Assembly: GCA_963823335.1 (NCBI GenBank)
Contig: CAWGLD010000001.1
Coordinates: 1,184,001 to 1,248,000, forward strand
Direction: 5' to 3'
Source of the DNA: an uncultured delta proteobacterium
GTDB lineage: Bacteria; Desulfobacterota; Desulfobacteria; Desulfobacterales; B30-G6
DNA: 64,000 nucleotides
The position numbers were made by a program, and so were the translations under genes. Below the pieces are notes generated by a model, which saw only the letters and a program-made list of their open reading frames with translations, was not told where the DNA came from and searched no databases. Every line of letters starts with the position of its first letter. The first letter of the stretch is position 1. Below, piece by piece: positions 30,392 through 39,614 of this stretch.

Positions 30392-31279
30392 TTATGGAAT
30401 CAGTAGAACCGGGAGTTCAGACAGTTCTGCTATTTGATGAGAAACGCCTCCCAGCCAGTATTCCTGGAACCAGTCTTTTCCTGTTCTTCCCATCACAATC
30501 ATGGAGGCTTTATGGTCTCTTGAAAGCCTTACAAGCTCCGGAACGGTTTTTCCGGCTGACAGGTGATACTCAGCCTGCATACCGGATTGTGCGATCTTCC
30601 GACAGTAGTTTTGGAGCCGTGATTTACTTTCCTTTTCAATCTGGTTGAGTCTGTCGTGATTCATTCCTTTGGTGAGTTTGGCATCAATGACATGCACCAC
30701 GAGAATGGTTTTTGCAAGTCCCTTTAATGCTGACATGCCTTGCCTTGCATTATCTGATGGCTGCGACCAGTCCGTGGCGAGCATCGGTCGTTCAAAAATA
30801 TGTTCGTTGGTTCGTGTTAGCTGCTCGTTTTCCCATTCAAACTGAACCATATATTTGCTCATGAGTACCGGCACCTTACTACGCCGCAGGATATCCATGA
30901 TGTGTGAACCCACGTATACCCTTTCCATCAGGGTTCTTTTTTTCCTGCCGATGACAATCAAGTCAACATCCTCTTTTTCGGCAATGGTCAGAATTTCCGC
31001 ATTCGGGGCACCGACTTCGATCCTGATATGGCTCTCAATGCCATGTTGGGCGATTGTTTCCTGCCAGTCCTCGAACCGCATGCGTGCTTCCGCTTTCAAC
31101 TGGGCTTCTGTTTCCTTGAGATAGCCCCCATATGGAACAAAGGAGACCTCGTCCCGTGGAATGATATGGGTCAGGAAAATCGATTCCAGTCCTGCTTTTT
31201 TCAATTCCAGAATGGTCTTTAGGGAATTGAGTGCCAGTTCTCTGAAATGTGTATGAAATAAAACCTTTCTAAAAATCAT
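30392..31279 (-). CDS. tandem-domain universal stress protein
   Basis: FRKVLFHTHF, DLIVIGR, LATDWS, LGGVSHQIAE..LPVLLIP. Confidence 0.88.
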   Translation of the reverse strand: MIFRKVLFHTHFRELALNSLKTILELKKAGLESIFLTHIIPRDEVSFVPYGGYLKETEAQLKAEARMRFEDWQETIAQHGIESHIRIEVGAPNAEILTIAEKEDVDLIVIGRKKRTLMERVYVGSHIMDILRRSKVPVLMSKYMVQFEWENEQLTRTNEHIFERPMLATDWSQPSDNARQGMSALKGLAKTILVVHVIDAKLTKGMNHDRLNQIEKESKSRLQNYCRKIAQSGMQAEYHLSAGKTVPELVRLSRDHKASMIVMGRTGKDWFQEYWLGGVSHQIAELSELPVLLIP

Positions 31280-31293
31280 GAATCAACTCCTTT

Positions 31294-32814
31294 TCAAAAG
31301 AAAATGAGGGAGACAATGGCAAATGTGGGAATGAGAAAAATCATGGAATATTTAAATATGTAGCCAAAGAAGCTCGGCATGGGTGTTCCAGTTTCTTCGG
31401 CAATCGAGCGGACCATGAAGTTGGGCGCATTGCCGATATAACTGCATGCGCCGAAGAAGACTGCCCCTGTTGAGATGGCTTTTAAATAAATTGCATTTTC
31501 GGTCATCAACAGGGGCACGGCCTGAGCTTCGGTGAGGCCGGAATAAAAACTTCCCAGCGCCGTGTTGAAAAAGGTAAGATAGGTGGGAGCGTTGTCCAGA
31601 AAGGCGGACAGCGCGCCGGTAACCCAGAAGTAATGATAGGGTTTTTCCACGATGCTGATCAGGAAAGCCAGATCACCATGGGTGCCAGCCTTCAGTATCA
31701 GCAGACATGGTATCATGGTAATAAATATGCCGATAAAGAGATAGGCCACTTCAATAATGGGAAACCAGGTAAACTCATTGTCCTCCCTGAGTTTAATGGG
31801 TGTCGTAACCAGGGAGGCGACACCCAGCAGAACCAGAAGGCCGTCTCGGAGCCAGTCCTGAATTGCCCTGTGAATTCCCAGGATGTTGATTTCCCCCAGA
31901 TCGACCATGCCGCTCATCAAAACGGAACCCACCACACCGCCAAGAAACAGGAAGTTGTAGGTTCCTTCGATTTTAAGGGCTTCTTTTGCTTCTTCCTTGG
32001 GAACGGATGCAGATTCTTTGCGGTAATGGTAGGTGTCCAAAAAGAAATATATGATCAGAAGCATACCAGACACCATCAGCATGTGGGGCATGATTTTAAA
32101 TGTCCAGAAAAAAGTGACACCATGGAGGTAGCCCAGAAACAAGGGTGGGTCCCCCAGGGGTGTGAGCGACCCGCCCACATTGGCGACCAGGAAGATGAAA
32201 AAAACCACCATGAAGGTTCTGTTTTTGCGATAGTTGTTGGCTCTCAGGAACGGACGTATCAAGAGCATGGCGGCCCCTGTGGTTCCCATCCAGGACGCCA
32301 GGAGGGTACCGAGAATCAGTATGATGGTATTGACGACCGGTGTCCCCCTCAGGGAACCCCGTAATAAGATACCACCCGAAACCGTATAAAGCGACCAGAG
32401 AAGGATGATAAATGGCACATAATCAACCAGGATGATATGCAGGATTTCATAAACGGCCCCGCCCCTGAAAACCCATAAAAAGGGAATGCCCAGAACGGCC
32501 GCCCAAAAAGCGGAAATTTTGCCGAAATGATGATGCCAGAAATTTGGCAGGAGTAGGGGCAGCAGGGCGATGGAGAGCAGCATGCATGCAAAAGGGATAC
32601 AGCTCCACAGGGGCAGAATTTCTCCAAGGTTGACATGCCCGCTCCCATGTGCCGATGCCTGGGTGGAACCATGTGCTGCAGGATCATCCGTGTTTTCCGG
32701 AGCATGCCCGGTACTTGGGGTATCGGATGCGTGGGTTTCGGCAATCATCGGTACCGGCCAGAACAAGAAACACAGCAGGAATAAAAGGACAGCCATTGTT
32801 TTTGGAAAACGCAT
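31294..32814 (-). CDS. ion-transporter superfamily protein (putative Na+/H+ antiporter or carboxylate transporter)
   Basis: Many TMs; ANVGGSLTPLGDPPLFLG, SAFLDNAPTY, YIGNAPNFMV; signal peptide and His-rich linker. Confidence 0.8.
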   Translation of the reverse strand: MRFPKTMAVLLFLLCFLFWPVPMIAETHASDTPSTGHAPENTDDPAAHGSTQASAHGSGHVNLGEILPLWSCIPFACMLLSIALLPLLLPNFWHHHFGKISAFWAAVLGIPFLWVFRGGAVYEILHIILVDYVPFIILLWSLYTVSGGILLRGSLRGTPVVNTIILILGTLLASWMGTTGAAMLLIRPFLRANNYRKNRTFMVVFFIFLVANVGGSLTPLGDPPLFLGYLHGVTFFWTFKIMPHMLMVSGMLLIIYFFLDTYHYRKESASVPKEEAKEALKIEGTYNFLFLGGVVGSVLMSGMVDLGEINILGIHRAIQDWLRDGLLVLLGVASLVTTPIKLREDNEFTWFPIIEVAYLFIGIFITMIPCLLILKAGTHGDLAFLISIVEKPYHYFWVTGALSAFLDNAPTYLTFFNTALGSFYSGLTEAQAVPLLMTENAIYLKAISTGAVFFGACSYIGNAPNFMVRSIAEETGTPMPSFFGYIFKYSMIFLIPTFAIVSLIFF

Positions 32815-33108
32815 TTACAAGCACCTTTCCTTATAGTATCTTTTCATCGTTATCATTTTCATCGTCGTCATATAGATGCATAGAGTTTCGATTCTAAGGC
32901 ATACCGGCTGTGCAACAGCGCCATCATCATTCTATCGTGGCGGAGGTAAGATAGTGAAAGCACATCCTATACCAAGTTTCAATATAATTCAACGCATGAT
33001 CCATAAACCAAAAAAAATAATTATTGCATTTTCAGATGGGTATGCTATCGAAGAAAACCTGCGTTTCCAATCCCGAAGCATCTGTTTCCTTACATGCTGG
33101 GGGGTTGC

Positions 33109-33342
33109 GTGAACCTCGATTACAAAAAGCATCGTGCATGGGCGGAAAATCTTTCCATTGTCATGCAGATAGGACTGACCATGGCAGGATGTGTTGGTTT
33201 TTGTTTTTTTATCGGTCTCACTCTTGACCGGTGGCTCGGCATTCGAGGACTTTTTACGGTGATTTTTATTCTTTTGGGGATTGCAGGCGGGGCCAATGTC
33301 GTCTATCGTCAGGTTATGGAGATCATCGAGCCAAAAAAGTAA
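33109..33342 (+). CDS. AtpZ/AtpQ-like F0 accessory protein
   Basis: Two TMs, IGLTLDRWLG motif, first gene of the atp cluster. Confidence 0.8.
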   Translation: MNLDYKKHRAWAENLSIVMQIGLTMAGCVGFCFFIGLTLDRWLGIRGLFTVIFILLGIAGGANVVYRQVMEIIEPKK

Positions 33343-33361
33343 AGTGTCATGTTAGGGAAGA

Positions 33362-33748
33362 ATGGAAGCTATTCACCATACACAGAAAAAATTTGGATCC
33401 AGGGCCATGGTCATGGCTGTTATCGCCGGTATGATTTTTATCCTGGTGGGTCAAAAGTCGATTGCCAAAGGCTTGGTGCTCGGTTCTGTTTTCAGTGTCA
33501 TCAATTTTGTTCTGATCGGTGAAATTATGCCGATGATCATCACGGCATCCCGTAAGAGATCTGTTCTGTTCTCCTTTGCTTCGATGCTGTTTCGATTTCT
33601 GTTGTTATCGGCGCCCCTTCTTTTGTCGCTGAAAATGGAAAGCCTGAATTTTGCTGCTGCCACCGTCGGAATCTTTATGGTGCAGATCGTGATCATGGGA
33701 AGCCATCTTCTAAGGTTAATTTACCCCGAAGGGATGCAAGGGACGTAA
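33362..33748 (+). CDS. ATP synthase protein I-like
   Basis: Four TMs, GLVLGSVFSVINF, FRF; precedes subunit a. Confidence 0.8.
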   Translation: MEAIHHTQKKFGSRAMVMAVIAGMIFILVGQKSIAKGLVLGSVFSVINFVLIGEIMPMIITASRKRSVLFSFASMLFRFLLLSAPLLLSLKMESLNFAAATVGIFMVQIVIMGSHLLRLIYPEGMQGT

Positions 33749-33760
33749 CATAGGACTGTT

Positions 33761-34435
33761 ATGGGAGAACTGGGTAGAATACATCAGCTGATCATTCCGT
33801 TTTACGGACATGACATCACGTTGAATCTGGAAGTCATCCTCATGACGTGGATTGTTTTCTTTCTGTTGATCCTTGTGGGCTTTTTGTCCTCACGCAAGAG
33901 AGCCGTCTACCCCAAGGCCATGCAGGTCTTTGGAGAAATTTTTATCACCCAATTTTATCAGATCACCGAGGATGCGCTGGACAAGAAGATGGCAAAAACA
34001 TATGGTCCTATGATTTGTGCGCTTTTCATGTTTCTTGTGCTGGCAAACTGGCTCGGTATTATTCCCTATCTGGAGGAACCCACAAAGGATCTGAACACAC
34101 CCCTCAGCCTGGGTCTCATGGGGTTTGTGATTGCCCATGTGGCCGGTATTAAATCGAAGGGTTTTAAAGCATATGCCAGGGAATATTTTGAACCGATGTT
34201 TTTTATGATGCCGCTGAATGTCATTGGCGAGTTGGCCAAAATAGTTTCCATATCCTTTAGGCTTTTTGGAAACATCATGGGAGGATCGATCATTATCCTG
34301 GTGGTCTCTTACCTCACATACAGCGTACTCCTGCCGCCTCTGCTCAACGCATTTTTCGGTCTTTTTGTGGGGACGATACAGGCCTTTGTTTTTACCATGC
34401 TGACGGTTGTTTATATTTCGGTCCAGGTAAAGTAG
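33761..34435 (+). CDS. atpB: F0 subunit a
   Basis: PTKDLN, SISFRLFGN (essential Arg), IQAFVFTML. Confidence 0.95.
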   Translation: MGELGRIHQLIIPFYGHDITLNLEVILMTWIVFFLLILVGFLSSRKRAVYPKAMQVFGEIFITQFYQITEDALDKKMAKTYGPMICALFMFLVLANWLGIIPYLEEPTKDLNTPLSLGLMGFVIAHVAGIKSKGFKAYAREYFEPMFFMMPLNVIGELAKIVSISFRLFGNIMGGSIIILVVSYLTYSVLLPPLLNAFFGLFVGTIQAFVFTMLTVVYISVQVK

Positions 34436-34438
34436 AAC

Positions 34439-35413
34439 ATGATTATGGATGTCCATACAGTTGTAACCCTTTCCGCATTCACCGGTGCCGGTGTCGCCAT
34501 GGGGCTGGGTGCCATCGGTGCCGCCATCGGAGAGGGCTATACCGCCGGTGTAGCGAATACCGCCATTTCCAGGAACCCGGAGATCTCCGGTGACATTTTC
34601 AAAAATATGCTGGTGGGACAGGCGGTTGCAGAATCTGCATCTATTTTTGCTCTGGTAATTGCGGTGCTGATGCTTTTTCTGGATGTTCCGACGGACAACC
34701 TGCTGAAGGGAGCGGCCCTTTTTGGCGCAGGACTTTGTATGGGGTTTGGTGCGGTGGGTTCGGGTGTGGGTTCTGGATTTCCAGGCGGACAGGCGTGTCT
34801 GGGTATTTCGCGTCAACCGGCCGCTGCATCCCGTTTGACCACCGGTATGTTGATCGGCTCCGCAGTATGCCAGACACCCGCCATTTTTTCCATGGTTATC
34901 GCATTGATGCTGATCTTTATGGATTTCAGCCACCTGCCGCTTGCCCCGACGTGGGCAGCTATTTTAGGTGCGGGACTGAGTACCGGTCTTGCAGCGATTG
35001 GTTCCGGTTATGGCGGTGGACTGGCGGCCGGTGCCAGCTGTGAAGGAATTTCCAGACAACCTGAATCGGTGGGCAATGTAACCACCGTAATGCTGGTGGG
35101 ACAAGCCGTCGCGCAAACACCATCCATTTTCGGATTGCTGGTCAGTTTTATTCTTATCTTCAAATCGTTTCCTGAATCATACACGTTGCAGGCATCCATG
35201 GCTCTGTTATCTGCAGGTGTCTGTATGGGATTCGGTGGTATCGGACCGGGTATCGGCAACGGTATGGCTGCTGAAGGAGCGGTACGGTGGGTCGCCCGTA
35301 ATGTGGAGAATGCCGGTGAACTCATGCGGATCATGCTGGTGGGACAGGCGGTCTCACAGTCGACAGCTATCTATGCCATGGTAGTGTCGCTGGTGTTGAT
35401 ATTTGTCGTGTAG
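34439..35413 (+). CDS. fused four-hairpin F0 c subunit (324 aa)
   Basis: Four GxGxxMGxGA/R(N/Q)P-type units of about 80 aa; carboxylate position is E65, Q145, Q226, Q307. Confidence 0.9.
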   Translation: MIMDVHTVVTLSAFTGAGVAMGLGAIGAAIGEGYTAGVANTAISRNPEISGDIFKNMLVGQAVAESASIFALVIAVLMLFLDVPTDNLLKGAALFGAGLCMGFGAVGSGVGSGFPGGQACLGISRQPAAASRLTTGMLIGSAVCQTPAIFSMVIALMLIFMDFSHLPLAPTWAAILGAGLSTGLAAIGSGYGGGLAAGASCEGISRQPESVGNVTTVMLVGQAVAQTPSIFGLLVSFILIFKSFPESYTLQASMALLSAGVCMGFGGIGPGIGNGMAAEGAVRWVARNVENAGELMRIMLVGQAVSQSTAIYAMVVSLVLIFVV

Positions 35414-35504
35414 TTTTATTTATAGAATAATAGATGAAGTTTAATTAGCGGCGCAGCCGCGACACATAAAATCGTGTAACGATTTTATTAAGGAGGAACG
35501 ACAA

Positions 35505-35753
35505 ATGGCTATTGAAGGTGTTGATATTGTAAAAGCCGCGGCTTTTTTAGGCGCAGGTATCTCCATGGGTCTCGGTGCCATCGGCCCGGGCGTGGGTGAG
35601 GGAATGGTGGCTGCCAAGGCATGTGAAGCCATCGGCAAGAATCCGCGCGAGGCAGGACTGCTGACCCGGACCATGCTGGTGGGACAGGCCGTATCTGAGT
35701 CCACCGGTATCTATTCCCTGGTCATAGCGTTGCTGCTGTTGTTTGTGGTGTAG
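35505..35753 (+). CDS. atpE: F0 subunit c with Na+-binding signature
   Basis: GPGVGEG...ESTGIY; strong AAGGAGG RBS. Confidence 0.95.
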   Translation: MAIEGVDIVKAAAFLGAGISMGLGAIGPGVGEGMVAAKACEAIGKNPREAGLLTRTMLVGQAVSESTGIYSLVIALLLLFVV

Positions 35754-35760
35754 TCCACCT

Positions 35761-36216
35761 ATGCAGATTATAAGTAACATAGCGCTCATCAGCATCAACG
35801 AGACCCTGGTGATCCAGTTGATCTCTTTTTTAATCTTTCTTTTCATTATCAACCGGATCATGATTCGGCCGCTACGGGCAACCATGGCGGAAAGGGATAA
35901 CCATATTCAAATGGTCCGGGAGGACATTCTCGATTCGAAGAAGGAACTCGAGGAGATCGTGGATGAATCAAACCAGGAGGAAAAAGAGATACGGCAGGCG
36001 GCCCTCCAGATCGTGGCCGAGATGGAAGGCCTTGGGCAGCATGAAGCCCACGACATCATTGGCGTGGCAAGGAAAGAAATTGCTGTCGTGAAAAAGCAAA
36101 CACAGGCTGAAATTGAGCGCCTTCTTGCCGAGGCCATGACATCCGTACAAAAAGAGGCTGAGATCCTTTCGGTTTCCGTCATGGAAAAGATCCTGGGTAG
36201 GAAGGTGTCACCATGA
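35761..36216 (+). CDS. F0 subunit b'
   Basis: INETLVIQLISFLIFLFIINRIMIRP followed by coiled coil. Confidence 0.88.
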   Translation: MQIISNIALISINETLVIQLISFLIFLFIINRIMIRPLRATMAERDNHIQMVREDILDSKKELEEIVDESNQEEKEIRQAALQIVAEMEGLGQHEAHDIIGVARKEIAVVKKQTQAEIERLLAEAMTSVQKEAEILSVSVMEKILGRKVSP

Positions 36217-36809
36217 CACCAATGGTTTTTAAAAACTGGAAAAGCATTGCCTGGTGGATGTTTTTTATGGTTATGGTGGTGACAACCACAGAGGCCCTGG
36301 GTGCGGAAGCGGCGGTTAACTGGCGCCCGACTTATGACAGTGTGATGCGCTGGCTCAACTTTGGGATACTGATCGTGCTCTTTTTCAGGTATGCCCGCAA
36401 ACCGTTGGTAACCTTTTTAAACGGGAAATCCAGGCAGATCGAAGAAAACATCAAAAGTGTCGAAGCGGAAAAAGAGGCCATCAGGATACGTATCGATGAA
36501 CTGCAAAGGGAACGAGAAGAAGGCCGCCAACAACTGCACCAGATTCGGGACAGAGTCATTTCCCAGGGAAAGCTGAAAAAGCAGAAAATCATCGATGACG
36601 CCAAAAAAGAGAGTCATCTGTTATTGGAAAGTGCCAAACAGAAAATAGAGCATGAAATAACATCTGCACGAAAGAAGCTGCAAGCTGAAATAGTTGATCA
36701 GTCCATTGACCTGGCCATGCAAAAACTCCCCCAAATGATGACCGATCAGGATACCCAAAACAGCCTGAAAATGTATCTTGAAGGGATTCATTCCCTGACC
36801 AAATCCTGA
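36213..36809 (+). CDS. atpF: F0 subunit b
   Basis: RWLNFGILIVLFFRYARKPL followed by coiled coil. Confidence 0.88.
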   Translation: MTPMVFKNWKSIAWWMFFMVMVVTTTEALGAEAAVNWRPTYDSVMRWLNFGILIVLFFRYARKPLVTFLNGKSRQIEENIKSVEAEKEAIRIRIDELQREREEGRQQLHQIRDRVISQGKLKKQKIIDDAKKESHLLLESAKQKIEHEITSARKKLQAEIVDQSIDLAMQKLPQMMTDQDTQNSLKMYLEGIHSLTKS

Positions 36810-37109
36810 CCGTCCCTATTTATGGTTAATTAAGATACTATACGCCGGCAAGTAGCATCTATCAAAATTATATTTCCAAACTGCCTCTCATATCACAGTT
36901 TTTGGATCAGGATAATATTTTCATCTTCTGGTGGGCTATTTCAGAATTCATAAAAGTGAAAACGTTTTCCGTGATTGTGACTTCGGATATCCCCGGGTTG
37001 ATGCCATTTCAGAAGCTTTGCCCTTTTCATTCGATTGTGCTATGTAAAATCAATTCATAACGTAGGTTTATACTCCCTCACCCGAATCTTTTTTTAGTAA
37101 GGAGCCGAC

Positions 37110-37658
37110 ATGAATAAAACTCAAGTGAAAGAGATAATGATTCCGATCTTGAACTACGTGACAGTTAAAAAAGAAAATACCCTGGTTGAGGTTTTACAGT
37201 CTTTGGAACAGGCCCGGAAGTCAGAGAACGAACATGCCCATAGAGACGCAATCGTGGTTGATGCAAACGGTGTTTTTGTAGGCAAAGTTACCATGATCGA
37301 TGTTTTTTGGGCCCTGGAGCCTAATTATTCAAAGGTTGAACAGCAACAGGAACAGGGCGTACTGACTGCCGATTTTGTCATGAAAGCCGCCAAAGATTTT
37401 AATTTATGGATTGAACCCACGCAAACCATTTGCGAGCGAGGGAGCCGCTTAACGGTTTCCGATGTAATGCATACGCCGGAAAAGATGGAATATATCGAAG
37501 AAACAGCCACCATTGATAACGCATTGCATTTATATGTTCTGGGCATCCATCAGCCACTTATCGTGAACAATAAGGACGCGAAGGTTACAGGCGTTTTACG
37601 GTTTGGTGATGTATTTGAAGTCGTCAGACAACGTTTGTTGAACTGCAGTGTTTCTTAA
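37110..37658 (+). CDS. CBS domain protein
   Basis: VKEIMIP, VGKVTMID, VSDVM, VTGVLRFGD. Confidence 0.85.
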   Translation: MNKTQVKEIMIPILNYVTVKKENTLVEVLQSLEQARKSENEHAHRDAIVVDANGVFVGKVTMIDVFWALEPNYSKVEQQQEQGVLTADFVMKAAKDFNLWIEPTQTICERGSRLTVSDVMHTPEKMEYIEETATIDNALHLYVLGIHQPLIVNNKDAKVTGVLRFGDVFEVVRQRLLNCSVS

Positions 37659-37715
37659 ATTTTCGACATGACTTCTAAAATAAAAGTTAAGGAATAACGT
37701 ATAGATATAACGCCA

Positions 37716-39557
37716 ATGAATTTTCCCCCACCACCCAATACCCATGCCATGGCCGTGCTGATCCTTACCATTGTTGCACTGGTCCTGTTTACCCGTGAAA
37801 AGATACCCCTAGAATCCTCCAGTTTCCTGGTGCTCATCGGTCTGGCCGTTGGGTTCGAAGTCTTTCCGTTCCAGGCGAACGGAGGCGTTTTACACGCCGT
37901 GGACTTTTTCCGGGGTTTCGGACACGAGGCGCTGGTTGCCGTCTGCGCTCTGATGATCGCCGGGCAGGGTATCGTCCGCACGGGGGCGCTGGAACCCGTG
38001 GGAAGGGTGCTGACGCGGTTCTGGAAGGTGAGCCCGAGCATCTCCCTGCTGCTGACTCTTATTGTTGGAGCCCTTATCAGTGCGTTTATAAACAATGTTC
38101 CCGTTGTCGTATTGTTTCTCCCTATTTTGATCAACGTTTCCCTGCGCACGGGTATGAAGGCCTCTTCCGTGTTGATGCCCATGGGATTCGCCACCCTGCT
38201 GGGGGGCACGTGCACCACCATCGGAACCTCCACAAATCTGCTGGTGGTCTCCGTGGCAGCAGAGATGGGCTTGAAACGGATGGATATGTTCGATTTCCTG
38301 GTGCCGGCAGCCATTGCCGGAAGCATCGGTATCGCTTATCTCTGGCTCGTGGCGCCTCGGATCATACCGGAGCGTGAACCAACCATGGCAGACACATCTC
38401 CCAGGGTTTTCTCTGCCCATCTTGCCATTCCTGAAGGAAGCCCGATTGAAGGAAAGACGCTGGCCCAAGCCAGAAAAAAAGTAGATGGGGCCATGAAAGT
38501 CACAAGCGTGGAGCGTGGGCTTGACAATTTCATGATACCCTTTCCAACTCTGGTGCTGAAAGCCGGCGACCATCTGATTATCCGTGACACGCCCGATCGC
38601 TTGAAGGAGTTTGAAAAGATACTGGAGGGAACGCTCTATGCAGATGACGCCATGGTCGCACCTGTTGACGATGAGCACCCGTTAAAGGATGAAGATCAGC
38701 AGATCGCGGAGGTCGTCCTCATAGAAGGCTCCCGTCTTGCGGGAAGAACTCTCAGCGGAACCCGATTCGCGGACCGGTACGGGATGATTACCCTGGCCAT
38801 ACACAGGGCCGGCATTCACCCGGAAAAGTTATACGACGAAATCGGGGATATTCGTCTGAAAGCCGGGGATATCCTCCTGGTTCAGGGACCCCGAGAACAG
38901 ATCGCCGGTCTCAAAAAAGAAAAGGATTTTCTCGTGCTGGATGCCACGGCGGATCTGCCTTTTGCCCGTAAGGCACCGTTGGCCCTGCTCATTATGCTGG
39001 GTATCATTGTTTCGGCCGCCGTAGGGTTTCTGCCCATCGCCATCAGCGCATCGCTCGGGGCGCTGTTGATGATTTTCACGGGATGCCTGGGATGGCGTGA
39101 TGCCACCAGCGCACTGAATGCGCAGGTTATCCTTATCGTGACCGCAAGTCTCGCCATCGGGGTTGCAATGCTCAAGACCGGCGGTGCTGATTACCTTGCA
39201 CAACTTTTTGTTGCTCTGGCAGGGGGCACTTCGCCGGTCCTAGTGATCAGCGGGCTGATGCTTCTGATGGGCATCCTCACCAACATCGTTTCCAACAACG
39301 CAGCAGCGGTCATCGGCACCCCCATCGCCGTTTCAATTGCCGCCCAGATGGGACAGCCGGCCGAACCGTTTGTCCTGGCCGTGCTCTTCGGAGCCAATAT
39401 GAGCTATGCCACCCCCATGGCCTACAAAACCAATCTCCTCGTCATGAACGCTGGGAACTACACCTTCAATGATTTTCTTCGAGTTGGGGTACCGCTGGTC
39501 CTGATAATGTGGGTTACGCTTTCCTGGTTGCTTCCGACCCTTTACGGTATAAAATAA
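37716..39557 (+). CDS. SLC13/DASS-type permease with TrkA-C domains
   Basis: SAFINN, GGTCTTIGTSTN, two RCK-C-like units, TNIVSNNA, TPMAYKTNLLV. Confidence 0.9.
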   Translation: MNFPPPPNTHAMAVLILTIVALVLFTREKIPLESSSFLVLIGLAVGFEVFPFQANGGVLHAVDFFRGFGHEALVAVCALMIAGQGIVRTGALEPVGRVLTRFWKVSPSISLLLTLIVGALISAFINNVPVVVLFLPILINVSLRTGMKASSVLMPMGFATLLGGTCTTIGTSTNLLVVSVAAEMGLKRMDMFDFLVPAAIAGSIGIAYLWLVAPRIIPEREPTMADTSPRVFSAHLAIPEGSPIEGKTLAQARKKVDGAMKVTSVERGLDNFMIPFPTLVLKAGDHLIIRDTPDRLKEFEKILEGTLYADDAMVAPVDDEHPLKDEDQQIAEVVLIEGSRLAGRTLSGTRFADRYGMITLAIHRAGIHPEKLYDEIGDIRLKAGDILLVQGPREQIAGLKKEKDFLVLDATADLPFARKAPLALLIMLGIIVSAAVGFLPIAISASLGALLMIFTGCLGWRDATSALNAQVILIVTASLAIGVAMLKTGGADYLAQLFVALAGGTSPVLVISGLMLLMGILTNIVSNNAAAVIGTPIAVSIAAQMGQPAEPFVLAVLFGANMSYATPMAYKTNLLVMNAGNYTFNDFLRVGVPLVLIMWVTLSWLLPTLYGIK

Positions 39558-39614
39558 CACCCGAAATCGTATCAATTGCATCGATACTATCTAAATTTCA
39601 ACTGCGCGACGATA

